DNA of 64,000 bases. Origin: Felis catus (lineage: Eukaryota). The stretch's first letter is position 1, and each line of letters opens with the position of its first letter. Below the pieces are notes generated by a model. It ran no database searches and had not been told where the DNA came from. It worked only from the letters and a program-made list of their open reading frames with translations. The DNA lies in NCBI RefSeq assembly GCF_018350175.1, contig NC_058369.1, positions 49,104,001 to 49,168,000 on the forward strand. The letters run 5' to 3'. The position numbers and the translations under genes were made by a program. This document shows, one piece after another, positions 13,273 through 25,883 of this stretch.

Positions 13273-13630
13273 TGTCCCCATTCATTCAAGCTATCATGAC
13301 CAAATATCATTCACTGGGTGGCTTGTAAACAACAGAAATTGATTTTTCACAGTTCCGGAGGCTGGGAGGTCCAAGATCAAAACACCAGCAGATTCGGTGT
13401 CTGATGAAAATCTGCATCCTGGTTCAGGAACCCCTGTCTTTTCACTGTGTCCTCATAGGGCTGAATGGGTGAGAGAGTGCTCTGGGATCTCTTGTGTAAG
13501 GACACTAATCCAATTCAAGATGGCTCCACATTAGTGACATAATTACCTCCCAGAGGCCCCATCTCCTAATATCATCCCATTAGGATTGGGCTTCAACATG
13601 GGAATTTGGGGGAGAATTCAGTCCATACCA
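13273..13630 (-). mobile_element. MLT1A-type MaLR solo LTR
   Basis: tgtcccc...ctgggtggcttgtaaacaacagaaatt...ggaggctgggaggtccaagatcaa...aattacctcccagaggcccc...ggaatttgggggagaattcagtccatacca; near-TSD tatgc/tatcc. Confidence 0.85.
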
Positions 13631-16066
13631 TATCCTGTTTGGTTTAGAGGTCACTTCTGTCTTAGCTTTGTGAACTTTAAATGTGTGAGATCATAGACTC
13701 CATTTCTTAATTAGTCTAACATCTCCACAGCCTTCTGCAAAACTCCTTATGGCATGGGACAGAATTTAGTGGCAGTAGATGACTACTTACTTAGATGTAG
13801 TGTGAACGATACCAAAGGGCTTCTTACCAAAATATGTCACTACCACATCTTCTGAGCTGACAACTGAGCCTATAATTCCAATTATTTGAGTTTCTTCCTT
13901 GGATTAATGTGGAGGTGTCTCTTAAAGAGGTAAATTTCCAATTCATCATTGAAAAGTTTATGGTTTAAACACTGCTGCCTTAAGCTCAATTTGTAGGCAG
14001 CTGTAGCCCATTGCCCTGTAATATGAAGGTTAACTTTTTAGTTTGGCTTGCCTGATGTTCATCAGGAAGACACATTTGGCTCAGTCTTGCTGACCTGAGT
14101 AGGGGAGAGGACATGCCAGTTAATAAGACTGTGTGGTCAAAGGGGTGGAGGCAGTGAAAAAGAGAAAGCTAAAAAATTCATGAATACTAGTTTATTCTCT
14201 TTCTTATGAAAAAAAAAACCCAGAAGAAATAAAAATACTTACTTCAATTGAATATTAAGTATTTTTAAATAGTCTTATATATACAGTTGTATTTGTTTCT
14301 CCATTAGCTAACTCCACTTACTGGTGAGGAAATGAAGCTTCACGGGAGCCAAAGATGATCCAGCTAGCATCCTGATGGGTGACAATCCATTTCATGTTCT
14401 TTGACCTTCCATGATGTGACAGATTACACTAATCCAAGAAGGGAAAAGATCTGAAAGATGGTGCTAGAATCCCAAAGTATTAATAAACTAATGTCACTGT
14501 TTTCCCTAGTGTTATTGGACAGATACAGATTCTGCAGGATGTTGAGAAAATCGATGTTACAGAAGGGTAAAGAATGCTTGTTCTGCACTCAAATGAATTA
14601 GAAACCACTGTCTTAAATCAAAGCATAGTCTCTTTTTAACAGCAAGATTTCTCAGGCTCTTTAATAAACTGTTCGTTGGTCCCTCCTCACATGGCAATGG
14701 TTAATGCGAGGTGACTGGGGTGGGGGGAGGTTCCTATGTTCAAAATAATATATTGCAGGGCTAGTATTCATCAGAATGAAATGTGGGGTAAGTTTCCTAA
14801 AAAAAAAAAAAAAAAATCAGTATAAAAACAGTTTCTTTCCTCTAGTTTAGAAAAGGGAAGCAAAATACTCAGAGCTTACAAAAATAGAAAGGAGAAAAAA
14901 GAAAAAAAAAAAGAAGGCAAATCAAAAGCCCTTCTTGTCTCAGATGGTAAACTGATCAGCATTCTTCCCCACTTACCTGGCAGATAGCATGACTCACCCC
15001 AGGTGAGTGGGTGAAAAGCAATTTGCAAGTTGCCTCGGGTGTGAAAACCTAAGATGAATGGCTGAACTGGTTAGAAAAGAAGATTTAGTAGCAGTGATAT
15101 GAGGACTTCTATTGTTCTTGCTTGTATAGTTTGTCATATTTAAGCAAGTCAGAGTTGGAAGGCTCAAACAAAAAGGAAGAATACAGGAGTGTTGAAGGGC
15201 ATTAACAAGAAGCCATTTTTTTTTTTTCTCCTAAGGATTTATCCGTTTATGTCCTAATCCTGGAAGTTCTTTCTTGGAATGGAATCTGTGGCGGTTCCTG
15301 TCCACCTTCTAGGCTCTAAAGGGTTTTTAAAAAATACATGGTGGGCCCCAGTTTTCAAAGTATAAGAGGTAGAAGAATAGTACAGATACAAATGCTAAGA
15401 GATGTCAACAAAGGGAGAGTGTATTTGTAGCAAAGAGGCATCAGGGAAGATTTGGGGCATTTGAGCTAGTTGTTTAAGAATTAGAGGAAAGCATAACAAC
15501 TAAAGGCTGAGTGTGAATGGAAGAGTGCCAATGGGGAATCACAGGGTATCAAAGGGAAACATAAACAGTGCCCTTTTCTAGAAGAGTAATGGGTGTTAGG
15601 GTGGTTGGTGAATGCAGATGAGGCAGGAGAGGAGGGACTTGATTGCCAAAATCAGGTGTCTGCACTGTGTCAGGTGGGCAGTGGATTTTAATCCAAGCTG
15701 CAATAGACCCCCACCTTCCAAGAAGGCAACTTCATGACAAAGAGTTTTTGAGCGGCTCCTCTAGGTACAAGGTAAACATAAGGAAACAACTTGGATGTGC
15801 TCTCTTCAAGTGGAGAGAGACAAAGAAGTAAACGCCTGGATGTTTCATAACTGCTATAAAGAGATACCAGAATAATAAAGTAAGAAGTGAAAGGGAAGAC
15901 CTAAAATCAGAAAGCAAGTAAGAGAACACAATAATGATAACTTTAGTAGACCCTTGTCATTGGGGGCAAAGACAAAACGGGTTCACAGAAGAAGACTGGA
16001 ACAAACTTTGCAACTGTTATTTTTTGAGGGGAGCAAGGAAAGAGAGGTATCAAAAGTGACAGTATG

Positions 16067-16280
16067 GGGGCGCCTGGGTGGCTCAGTTGGTTAAGTGTCC
16101 GACTTCAGCTCAGGTCACGATCTCGCAGTCGGTGAGTTCGAGTCCCGCATCAGGCTCTGTGCCGACAGCTCAGAGCCTGGAGCCTGCTTCAGATTCTGTG
16201 TCTCCCTTCTCTCTGCTCCTCCCTCACTCACACTCTGTCTCTATCTCTCAAAGATGAATAAATGTTAAAAAAAAAAATTT
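16067..16280 (+). mobile_element. Can-SINE (SINEC_Fc2/Fc3-like)
   Basis: ggggcgcctgggtggctcagttggttaag...(CT)-rich...A tail; TSD AAGTGACAGTATGG (16054-16067 / 16281-16294). Confidence 0.96.
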
Positions 16281-17519
16281 AAGTGACAGTATGGTCACTA
16301 ATCATAATTTGAATAGACATAACTCATTTAGTTTTCACCATGTGTAAAACAATGTGTGTCACATACACTAATTTTCTCAGTAAGTCTAGGATGTACTCTT
16401 ACCATCTAAATTTCATAGATCAAAAAATAAAGCTCAGAGAACATAAATGCCTTGTCCAAGATTACTGTTAGGATTTTAGCACATGTGCCTCTGAGTTCCA
16501 CATTCATGTCAACTACTCCACTATACCAAGATAGTTTGGAGGGGGTAGGTGAAATCAAGAAAGGGAAGAAAAATGCTATGTTCACTTTTTGATGCAGAGT
16601 CTGAAATGCCGCTATCACATTATCGCTGGTGATATTCCATTGGAAGAGTCAGCACTCAAGAGTGAACGGAGAATTGGGAATGGCCATCCTAATGTTCTTT
16701 GCATGGCTTAAGTTGCTCACTGATGCCCTAGAATATTCTAATGACAATTATTCAGGAAGCTACAATGTGTCAGGTACCATGCTAATTCTTTAGACATGTT
16801 ATCTCCTTCAGTCTTCATAACCGATAAGCTTGGCAAAAAGATACTCTGATTGTCTACTTGCCTTTGGGTATAAAGTCTGGACGTAATGAAATCTATCTTT
16901 GAACCCAGGAAAGTTGGACTTCACAGATCATGCTCTTTCTACTTTGAGCTGTAGCTAACCTTGCTAATGGAGAAGGTAGTATTCAGAGAAAATTTTGTTA
17001 CTCCAAAATGGGTTTGCCTCTTGGTTGATGTTGAATGAAAGATACAACTGAACGAAGGAATAGGAAATGGGAGGATTTTTTTTGCAACAAGTCAAGGAGA
17101 ACACTGGAGATCTTTCCCAAAGCTGTATCTCCCTGAACAACAAAATTGGGGAAGTTTTAAACTTAGGGTGCTTGCATGCTAGGCAGTTCAGCATGGAAGT
17201 GGGGCAAAAGTCATCTTAAGGTGACAGAATCCAAGTCAAGATCAGGAGGTTCCACAAGAGTCAGCATCATCAGTTCTCTGGCTTTTGTAGGTTTAGTATT
17301 TGGGTGCTCACAGGGCTTTAAATCTTGCAAAGATAATTTAAGAGTGTGCATAAGTTTAAACAATTTTTACTTTTGAACCAGCACTGGGACTTTGACCACT
17401 GATTTATTGTCCCCGATATGATGATTATATTTGTGGCTATTCTAACATTCTTTTGTTGCCTTAAAATCATTATCTACTGGGGTCTCTTCTTCTGCAATTT
17501 TGACATATTCCAGAAAGTT

Positions 17520-17729
17520 ATTTTTTTTAACGTTTATTCATTTTTGAGAGACAGAGAAAGAACATGAGCAGGGTAAGGGCAGAGAGGGGGGAGACACAGA
17601 ATTCGAAGCAGGCTCCAGGCTCCGAGCTATCAGCACAGAGCCCTACACAGGGCCCGAACCCACGACCCATGAGATCATGACCTGAGCTGAAGTCAGACAT
17701 TCAACTGACTGAGCCACCCAGGTGCCCCA
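17520..17729 (-). mobile_element. Can-SINE
   Basis: Ends gagccacccaggtgcccc; 17-bp TSD ACATATTCCAG(A/G)AAGTT (17503-17519 / 17730-17746), one mismatch. Confidence 0.96.
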
Positions 17730-17897
17730 ACATATTCCAGGAAGTTCTGCAAGAAATGTGCTTTGGGCAAGTAGTGCTAGTCAGGCATAGATCACAAGAT
17801 GGCCAGAAGCCTAAAATGAGTTTTCTTATGTCAAGAAAGCTATACCTTGTCTTCATTTCCCTAGGAGCCCCTAGCTCTTTCTGCCTATATGATCAGG

Positions 17898-18453
17898 TGT
17901 AACTGAGCCAACATGAGTTCACTCCTTGGTGAGTCAGAACCTGCACTAGGTTGAGTTGTCCCACAATGAAAACTTTTATTTGCAGCAAACAAGGAGATCA
18001 TGAGGAGTGGCTTCCCAAGTGGTGATTCTCTGGGAGAGGGCATAGGGGAGCCTTGCCATCCTATGTAGAGGTGGGCATAACGTCACACATGTGCCTGAAG
18101 TAAACAAGCTTATATATACTTACATTGTATGTTATGTAAATGAGGCTAAGACTCCTCCTTGGGTGGAGAGTTTAGTGCTACAATGAGGTAAAGGTAATTG
18201 TAGGTCATTCTAGAGGTGACTCCATGATCCATCTATGCAGGCACAACTCAGGTTTAGCTGAAAAGGTCTAGGTGGTCTAGGTCTAAGGCAGGTGTTGTCA
18301 GGAGAGTCTATCACCTGGGGTGGTTTCAGGTTTCATTTCTCTGCGTTAAGGGAAAAGCCAGAAAGAAGAGCTCAGGGAAAAATGTAAGACAGAGGTTAGT
18401 GAGTACAAGCAGGTGGGCAGTAAAGGCCAAGTCTTGGGGTCTAGCTGGTGACA
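17898..18453 (-). mobile_element. ERV1-class solo LTR (probably carnivore lineage)
   Basis: TG...CA termini on both strands (tgtaac...gtgaca); near 4-bp TSD cagg/caga; on the minus strand TATATATAAG (18118-18109) precedes AATAAA (17980-17975). Confidence 0.75.
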
Positions 18454-18789
18454 CAGAGACCTATTGAAATCAAGTTCTGCCCTTGGCTGCAAATTGTCCA
18501 TGAATTGTTTTTCTCCTTTTCTGTGATGTGTTAATTGTATTAATTTCCCCTCTACCTAGCATTTCAGTGCTCCATATTTAATTCCCTTTCTTCCCTGAAG
18601 AAAATGCCAAAGACTTTTCAACTGTAAACCTTCACTCTATAGATGTCTAGTAAATGACCTGAAAACAGGGAGACTCACATACGTAATTAGGGATCCTTTC
18701 ATTGTTAGTTAGAATCAAACTCGAATTTTGGCTGGGGAAAATCAGTTCTAGAGGACTGGTCGGTCTCCTCTGTCCTTCACACTGTCATT

Positions 18790-19340
18790 CACCCATTCAG
18801 TCCAACAATGTTATGGAGCCTCCTCCCAGATTTTGAGTTTCTAACAAGTGAATAAAGTGGACAGAAGCTCTGATTTCAAGAAGCTTATGTATAAATTTGG
18901 AGTTAAGACCTTAATGAAGTAACATGTGCATAATTACAATTTGTGTTAAGTTCTTTAAGGGGGGGTCTTTAGAGTTTATTAAAGGAGGAGCCAATTCAGT
19001 GGGGGTAGGGACCTCCTGAGTAAGAATTTAGTGAACCGAAGAATCACAGAGCAGCATATTGTGGCCCATACTCATGCTGGGGCAGGAACCCTCATGGAAG
19101 CCAGCTAAAGCCTATTGCTCTGTGTGTCTGCTGGATTATGATGCATCTAGGATGTTTTATAGCAAGAAGTCACTAAAGAGCTTAAGCATAAAGGTGACAT
19201 GACCAAATCAGCATGCTAAAGGACCCTTCTGGCTGTAGTGCAGCTAATGGGATTAGGAGGGAGCCAGCAGGAAAAGGGAGGTGGGAAACTCCACAGAAAG
19301 ATTTTGCAGAGGAGATGGTGATAGCAAAGATGAGAAAAGA
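18790..19340 (-). mobile_element. L2 fragment
   Basis: caacaatgttatggagc...gtgaataaagtggacaga...gacatgaccaaatcagcatgctaaaggacccttctggctg...aggagatggtgatagc. Confidence 0.55.
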
Positions 19341-19419
19341 GGATTCATTTCTCTAAGGCACTTTTTTTTTTTCTGTTTTGTTCTCAGCAAATAAACAGGG
19401 TGCAGCACCAAAAAGTTTG

Positions 19420-20297
19420 CAGGCATGCCTCAGAGGTAGCACAGGTTTGGTTCCAAACCACCACAATGAAGTGTATATCACAGTAAATACTGTCAGATGA
19501 ACTTTTTGGTTTCCCAGTGCATATAGAAGTTTATACTAGACTTTAGTTTATTAAGTATGCAATATGGCATTGTGTCTTAAATAATGTACATAACTTAAAG
19601 AATACCTTATTGCTAAAAAATGTTAAACATCGTCTGAGCATTTGTCAACTTGGGTTTATTTTGTTGTTTTGTTTGTTTTGTTTTGGTTTGGTTTGGTTTG
19701 GTTTTTTGCTGGTGGGGTGTTTTGCCTTAATGTCAGTGTCTCCTGACTGATCAGGATGGTGGTTGCTGAAGGCTGGGATGGCTGTGGTAATTTCTTAAAA
19801 TAAGACAACAATTAAGTCCGCCAAATTCATTTCCCTTGAACACTACAGCCCATTGTAGGGTTATTAATTACCTTAATTTCAGTATTGTTGTGTCTTAGGA
19901 AATAGGGAAGCCTAAGAGAGGCAGGAAGATGGGGGAATAGCTGGCTGGTAGAGTAGTCAGAACACACACAACATTTATTTATTAAATAAATTATCAATTA
20001 AATAAAACCCACTCACCATTTTATGTGGGAGTGGTTCATGGCGGCCCATAACAATTATAATTGAGCATCAGAGATCATGAATCATGGGTAATCATAACAG
20101 ATACAATAATATGAACAAATTTAAAATATTGTGAGAATTACAAAACATGATATAGAGATACAAAGTGAAAAATGCTGTTGGAAAAATGGTGCCCACAGAC
20201 TTGTTCAGTGCAAGGTTGCCACAAACTTACAATTTGTAAAAAATGCCATACCTCCTAAGGGCCATAAAAGGAAGAGCAATAAATCAAGATGTGCCTG
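19420..20297 (-). mobile_element. Tigger1 internal-deletion derivative (TcMar-Tigger), 878 bp
   Basis: TIRs caggcatgcctc... / ...gatgtgcctg followed by TA. Both ends match Tigger1 termini (ggttccaaaccaccacaat...tttttggtttcccagtgcata; aatgctgttggaaaaatggtgccc...aggttgccacaaac...aatttgtaaaaaatgc). No transposase ORF. Confidence 0.88.
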
Positions 20298-20489
20298 TAT
20301 ATAATAAATAGATTGTTATATGAAATGATTAACTTAAGTGATTTCAAGAGGTAAAATCCACATGATGTGTTGGTAACTTAACTATGAGGGGCCAAGAGAA
20401 TGGGAGATGTTGAAGATGACAAAACTTATGGTTTACAGATACATAAGGTTGCCATGCACTAGGGCTTTGTCATTTTGTTTTCTTTGGAT

Positions 20490-20705
20490 CTGTGTCAGTG
20501 AATATTTTCTATAAAGGGCCAGATAGTATATACTTTAGGCCTTGTGGTCCATGCATTCACAGCTACTCACTTCTGCCATTGTAACAAAAAACTGGCCATA
20601 GACAACATGTAAGTGAACAACTGAGATGATGCTCTGATACAATATTATTGACAAAACAGGCAGTGGACAGGATTCAGCCCATGGGCAGTAGTTTGCCAGT
20701 CCCTG
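20490..20705. mobile_element. MER58A
   Basis: tttctataaagggccagatagta...tttaggccttgtgg...gccatagacaacatgtaa...tagtttgccagtccctg. Confidence 0.85.
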
Positions 20706-21768
20706 AGTAAATCATGAGTTTAATTTTAAACAAGTTTAATGGGAGGTATTTTTGAGGCATCCACACGAATATGTTCACGTTATTATTAGAATATGTTATT
20801 GTTAGATCCAGCTTTTTTAAAAAGTACTTTGAAATGTATTTAGTAATTACACAAGATTAAATATCTAATATTTGATTGCTAAGCATCTTTTAGGGAACTG
20901 TCCCCAGAGAGAGAATAGATCAGTGGTCCCTTGTAGTCAGCATATACACTGTAAGGAGATGGCTTCTATAGTGACAGTATTGTTTCAGAAAGAGGCAGCT
21001 AACTAGTGTCAGCAGATGTGCACTGTTTGGCCCTTAGAGTATATGATATCTTTAAAAAGGCATCAACTTTAAAAAAAAAATCAGAAGGTTCCATATATTC
21101 TGAGTAGAGGGTGGGGAGGATAAAAAAGAAGTTCTGAAACCAAGCCTAGTCATCCCTTTTAGTTAGAAATAGAGAAAAGCTTCATAAAGAATGAGAAACC
21201 TAGATTTACTGTAGGGGCAAACTGTTCAATTAATCTGGGAGGTTTCAATTATATACACTTAAAAACAAGCACCCACCCACTGTTGCTTGTATTTGAGGGA
21301 AATACAGGCATTGAAACAGTGAGTGCAGATCATTTAGGCAGAACTATTATGAAATCTCTTCTTGATGTATAATTTAACATCTATTTCTAAGTATGCATAA
21401 TCTTACTGTGTTCCTTTAGACTTGGTTGTTTTGGGGACAGAAATGTCTCACTACCTCTCCATTCATTTACTTTCTATGTTCTGCTGCTGTAGGCATTTTA
21501 AATTGTTTGGCCAATGACATAATGAAACGTAAGCCTAGAGACCTTACTGACCATGCAACTCTGTAATTTCACGGTAGCTTCATACTGTCCCATTAAATTG
21601 TCAGAGTATCACTGAGCATTTTATGTGACCCATTCTGACTTTTAATGAGAGATACTGTATCATAAGGTTGAGAATAGAAGTCCAGGCAAGACCACCTCTG
21701 TGGTCACTAAGTTGTCTACACAGCACAAAGATTTTCTTCCAAACCCCAGCTCTTCAGAGTGTGTGGTT

Positions 21769-21888
21769 CAGTGGTTGCCAAACCTGTCTACATTTCACCT
21801 GAGGAGTTTTAAAAGACACTGATGCTTCTTTGAAAATTTTAGAGGCTCTCCAAGTGATTCACATGTGTGGCAGGTTTAGGAACCACTG
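21769..21888. mobile_element. MER5A-like MITE, internally deleted
   Basis: TIRs cagtggtt...aaccactg; tcacctgaggagttttaaaa. Confidence 0.7.
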
Positions 21889-22076
21889 GCTTAATTCAAA
21901 ATAAAATCTCTATGACAGCATAAATTTATCCACGTCCTGGACTTCCAGGGGCTCGGCGGTGAGATGAAGCTCTGGATCTTTCCATGAGAATGCCCAGGTT
22001 CTACCATAGCAAAAAGCCTTTCCTAACAATATGGTGGTGCCACTTTCTTCCTAGAGTACATTAAAAACAAAGATGA

Positions 22077-22277
22077 GGGGCGCCTGGGTGGCGCAGTCGG
22101 TTAAGCGTCCGACTCCGGCTCCGGTCATGATCTGGGGTTTGTGAGTTTGAGCCCCACATCGGGCTCTGTGCTGACAGTTCAGAGCCTGAAGCCTGCTTCA
22201 GATTCTGTGTCTCCCTCTCTCTCTTCCCCTCCTCTGCTCTCTCCCTCTCTCTCTCTTTCTCTCTCTCTTAAAAAAAA
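22077..22277 (+). mobile_element. Can-SINE
   Basis: ggggcgcctgggtggcgcagtcggttaagcgtccgact...(CT)n...A8; no clear TSD. Confidence 0.95.
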
Positions 22278-23284
22278 TGTTCTTTTATAAAGTTTGAATA
22301 GGTAGAATATGAATTAATGAGTGTTTTTATCGTAATATGGCAGCCCTGAAATTCTGTTTCATAGTCTAGTCATACTGCCTATGGTTTAAAAATAGAAGCT
22401 GAGTCTTAAAAAAGAAAAAGCCATTGAATGCTGCTACATGATTCCTTGCGAAGCTCTTGGTAGCCCCTCTACCTTGCTTACTTGACCCCCCCACCCCCCG
22501 CAGAACTGAAACCTGGCTCTTTTCTAATATCAAGAATTAAATATTCCTGTTCATTTTTCCTAAAACGCTCTTTCCAAAAATTAGACAGGACAAATATATT
22601 TTAATGAACAAATAGTGTTTTAATAAGAAGGCTCTTTTAAAATTAGCTTATTCTATTAAGTTTTTAATAAGTAAAAAAATAATATTGTAGAGAATTATTC
22701 AATAAAAGCACCAGCCAGCTTGGTCTACAGAGTAAGCGTAGGAAACATGCAAATGGAATTTCACTAAAGAAAATATCCCTGCAGTGACAAAATTTTCACT
22801 TAGATAGAAAATATCTATGTGGGGAAAAGAACAGATCTCTACTAGATACAAATGATACACCAAACAGTGTATTCTGCTTTTGTTTGAGTTCTGCCTTTGG
22901 CAGTAAGACAGCAACTAATTTGGTTTTATTTTAAAATTCCAGTGATTATAAGGTCTGCACATTCCCTGTGAAGTAGCTCACTCTCTACTAGAGCCAGACC
23001 CCAATTTTTCTTTGCCAATCACATGTGCTACAGAACTTGAGCTGACAGGTGCTTTTTCATTGTTTCCTCTCTGAGCCAGGAGCAATGGAGTCCCAGCTGA
23101 TATTCTGAGTCTGGGGCTTTCCTACTCTCTTTTAAGAGCATTCCCAGGAGACAAGACAAGTGTTTCTGATCATTTGTTGTTTGAAAGTCCCTTTTCCTTC
23201 TGGAGCTACTTGCTATCCCTATTAGAATTTGAATTATTGGCTAATTGTCTAACAGTCTCAGAAGGTCTTCACATAGTAAATGCA

Positions 23285-24070
23285 GAAGTAAGAAAAAGTG
23301 TATTTGTTAGAATGTTTCATTGCAAGTAGTTGACTATGCAGGCAATATTGGCCAACCGCTAAGGAAAGTTTATCATTTCATGTTCAAAATTCAGGGGCAC
23401 ATTAGCACCAGTGTTGGTTAATTTGGTGACGTCATTATCGTACTGTTAAAGAATGATTAATGAAGATCATTTAGATGATAGACACTAACTTTAAACACTT
23501 CATGAACTAGACAGTCTCCTTTCAGAGAACTACAAAATGGGGTGGAAGGCAGGAAGCTTTTTACAGGATAAAGAATAAACAACAAGGAAAAGACAAACAA
23601 AAGAACTGATAGTCTGGGGCCATATAGTCAATCTTGTTTGGGCCAAGAAGGCTCAGAGTTGGTTTGGCATTCCGACACTGGCTGAGTACACTGTGTGTCT
23701 GGTCAAAGGGAACTTGTTTATAGGGGCACAGAACTTATCCAAGTTTGGTTTGCTGAGGTGACATCCTGAGCAGCAGTGGCTCCATCTTGGGCCCAGAAAT
23801 TATTTCAGCACCATCAAAGACAAGAATTCTTTTTTTATCTATTGTTTTCTATCCTCAGGATATGGGCTTTTTTCCCATAAGCTTGTCTTCATGGTTAAAA
23901 AGTGGCTGCTGCAGCTCCATACATCATGTCCATACATCAGAGTTCAAAGGCTAAAGACCATAGATCTCTTCCTTGTATCTCTTTTAAGAGCGAAGAACCA
24001 CATTCCTAGGACTCGACATCAGGCTTATGTTTGCTTTCATTGCCCAGAACTACATTTCTTTCCTAAACAA
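23285..24070 (-). mobile_element. Old MLT1 (K/L-like) LTR split by an inserted ERV1-type LTR
   Basis: gtatttgttagaatgtttcattgcaagta...; resumes after 23810 with catcaaagac...catggttaaaaagtggctgctgcagctcca...cattgcccagaact. Confidence 0.55.
23444..23810 (-). mobile_element. ERV1-type (MER4/MER31-group-like) solo LTR relic
   Basis: tgttaaagaat...caagtttggtttgctga...ggctccatcttgggcc...atttcagca; TG...CA ends; no clean TSD. Confidence 0.5.
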
Positions 24071-25678
24071 TTGATCTGCCTATCCATATAATCTATTTCA
24101 ACATCTCTTCCCCATGAGCCAGCTACTGAGCAGACCCAGTATCCAATGACTATAAACAATGGTGTCCGGGAGGAAAATGCATCCTTAATCAGGGAATGTA
24201 GAACTGTATCTTCTAAAGAAGATGGCAGTAAACATCCTAGCCCTTTTTTCTAATCTTTCTGCACCTTCACTTTGGCTTTCCAGCTAAGGGAAACTTGGTT
24301 TTGTTGCAGCCATCAAAATAGAATAGAAATCTGCATTCCTACTAGCCTCTGGCAAAGAAAATTGACACTATACTTGAATATTCATAGTCCTAAATGAGTA
24401 TTCTCCCTTTAATAAGTATCCATGGGCATTTGCAGCTGACTGTTTATTCTTATGAAACAAGCCACTGAGTGTGTGAGGATGGGTATAGATATACACAAAT
24501 CATATGTATAGCTTTAGAAGAATTCTCACTTACTAGAGCTTTTAAAGGTTACTTGGTATCTTCATTCAACACAATATATTTTCAATAATGATTTTTTTGG
24601 CAAAGCGAGTAAATTAGACTTTTGTTCATTTGGTGCAAGAGGCAACTTTGTTGCTGTAATATATACAATTAAACGGAGTTGAGATGTACTTTAAATGAAA
24701 ATTGAAAACAAATTAAGTAATCAGTCAATGTAATGTTTGTGGTTATAGCTCTTGTATATATTTGGATAAGTTAAGGGTGGAAAAAAGCTGTTCAGCATTG
24801 CTGGGCATTTTATTTTATTCCAAGGGGAAAGAAGTAGCTGGCAACATTTGAAATTGGCTGTAAAATATTACAGATAATGATAATTTGTTTTTATATTTGT
24901 ATGAGCCCTTCATCTATTCCCATAGATCAAGTTTAATCATATGGCATATTACTATCTACTAGCGTTAGAATTAGGCAGTCTGAAGTTTAGCTAATGAAAT
25001 ATATTTATAGGTTGCTGGGTTGTTTTTTTTTTTTTTGGTTACTCTTTCTTACTAACCAGGAGTAGGACCTTTTCATTTGACATTTGGAAACATTTGTATT
25101 AATAATAGCAATTTTTTAGGTTCCATCTTCTCGCAGTTTGACATTTGTAAAGTTAATGTGTATCTTTTTATCGCTTATTACAAATTATTTCCTTAATTTT
25201 ATGACTTTGGGATGGCTGCCAGTGACTTACTGCCTCAAAAATCATGATGTTGAGAAAGAGATGATTATGTTTTATATTTAGTTAGATTTATTAGTACTGA
25301 CTTGGGCTTTGTGCTGAGGCAAATGGGTTTACACAAGTCATCTGAAGATTTTTGGGTCTCTGCTTAAAGTTCAAATTCAACCATTACAAGGCTATGATAA
25401 TTTATGAAGCTTAATCCCTGAGCCATTATTTTTCACAGTTAACTACATTTGTTTTAGATTTTGAATGTGGATCTTAACTCGGGTTTTGATGCAAGTATCA
25501 CACCCTGCTATACATTGCATTCTGTTTTAATACAGTACTAAACTTCCAAGAGCAATAAATTAGTTTGCTTTCCCCCTCATCTCTTAAAATTATGCATTTT
25601 TAAAAAGCCTCAGATTTTCCAGTATTTTTCTATCCTATTTTTTTTAGTCCAACTGTATTAAAAAGGTGTGGGGGATAA

Positions 25679-25883
25679 GGGGTGCCTGGGTGGCTCAGTC
25701 AGTTGAGCATCTGACTTCTGCTCAGGTCATGATTCATGGGCTATCAGTTGGTGTCCCATGGACTTTGTGCTGACAGCTTGGAGCCTGCTTTGGATTCTGT
25801 GTCTCCCTGTGTCCCTGCCCCTCCCCTGCTTGTGCTCTGACTCTCTCTCTCTCTCTCTCTCTTTCTCAAAAATAAACATTAAA
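25679..25883 (+). mobile_element. Can-SINE
   Basis: ggggtgcctgggtggctcagtcagttgag...(CT)n...aaaataaacattaaaa; degenerate TSD aaaaaggt(g/a)tgggg(g/a)a. Confidence 0.95.

Noticed and set aside
23803-23820. REST/NRSE-like TTCAGCACCA
   Set aside because: Only the left half-site is present, created at a repeat junction; the GGACAG half is missing.
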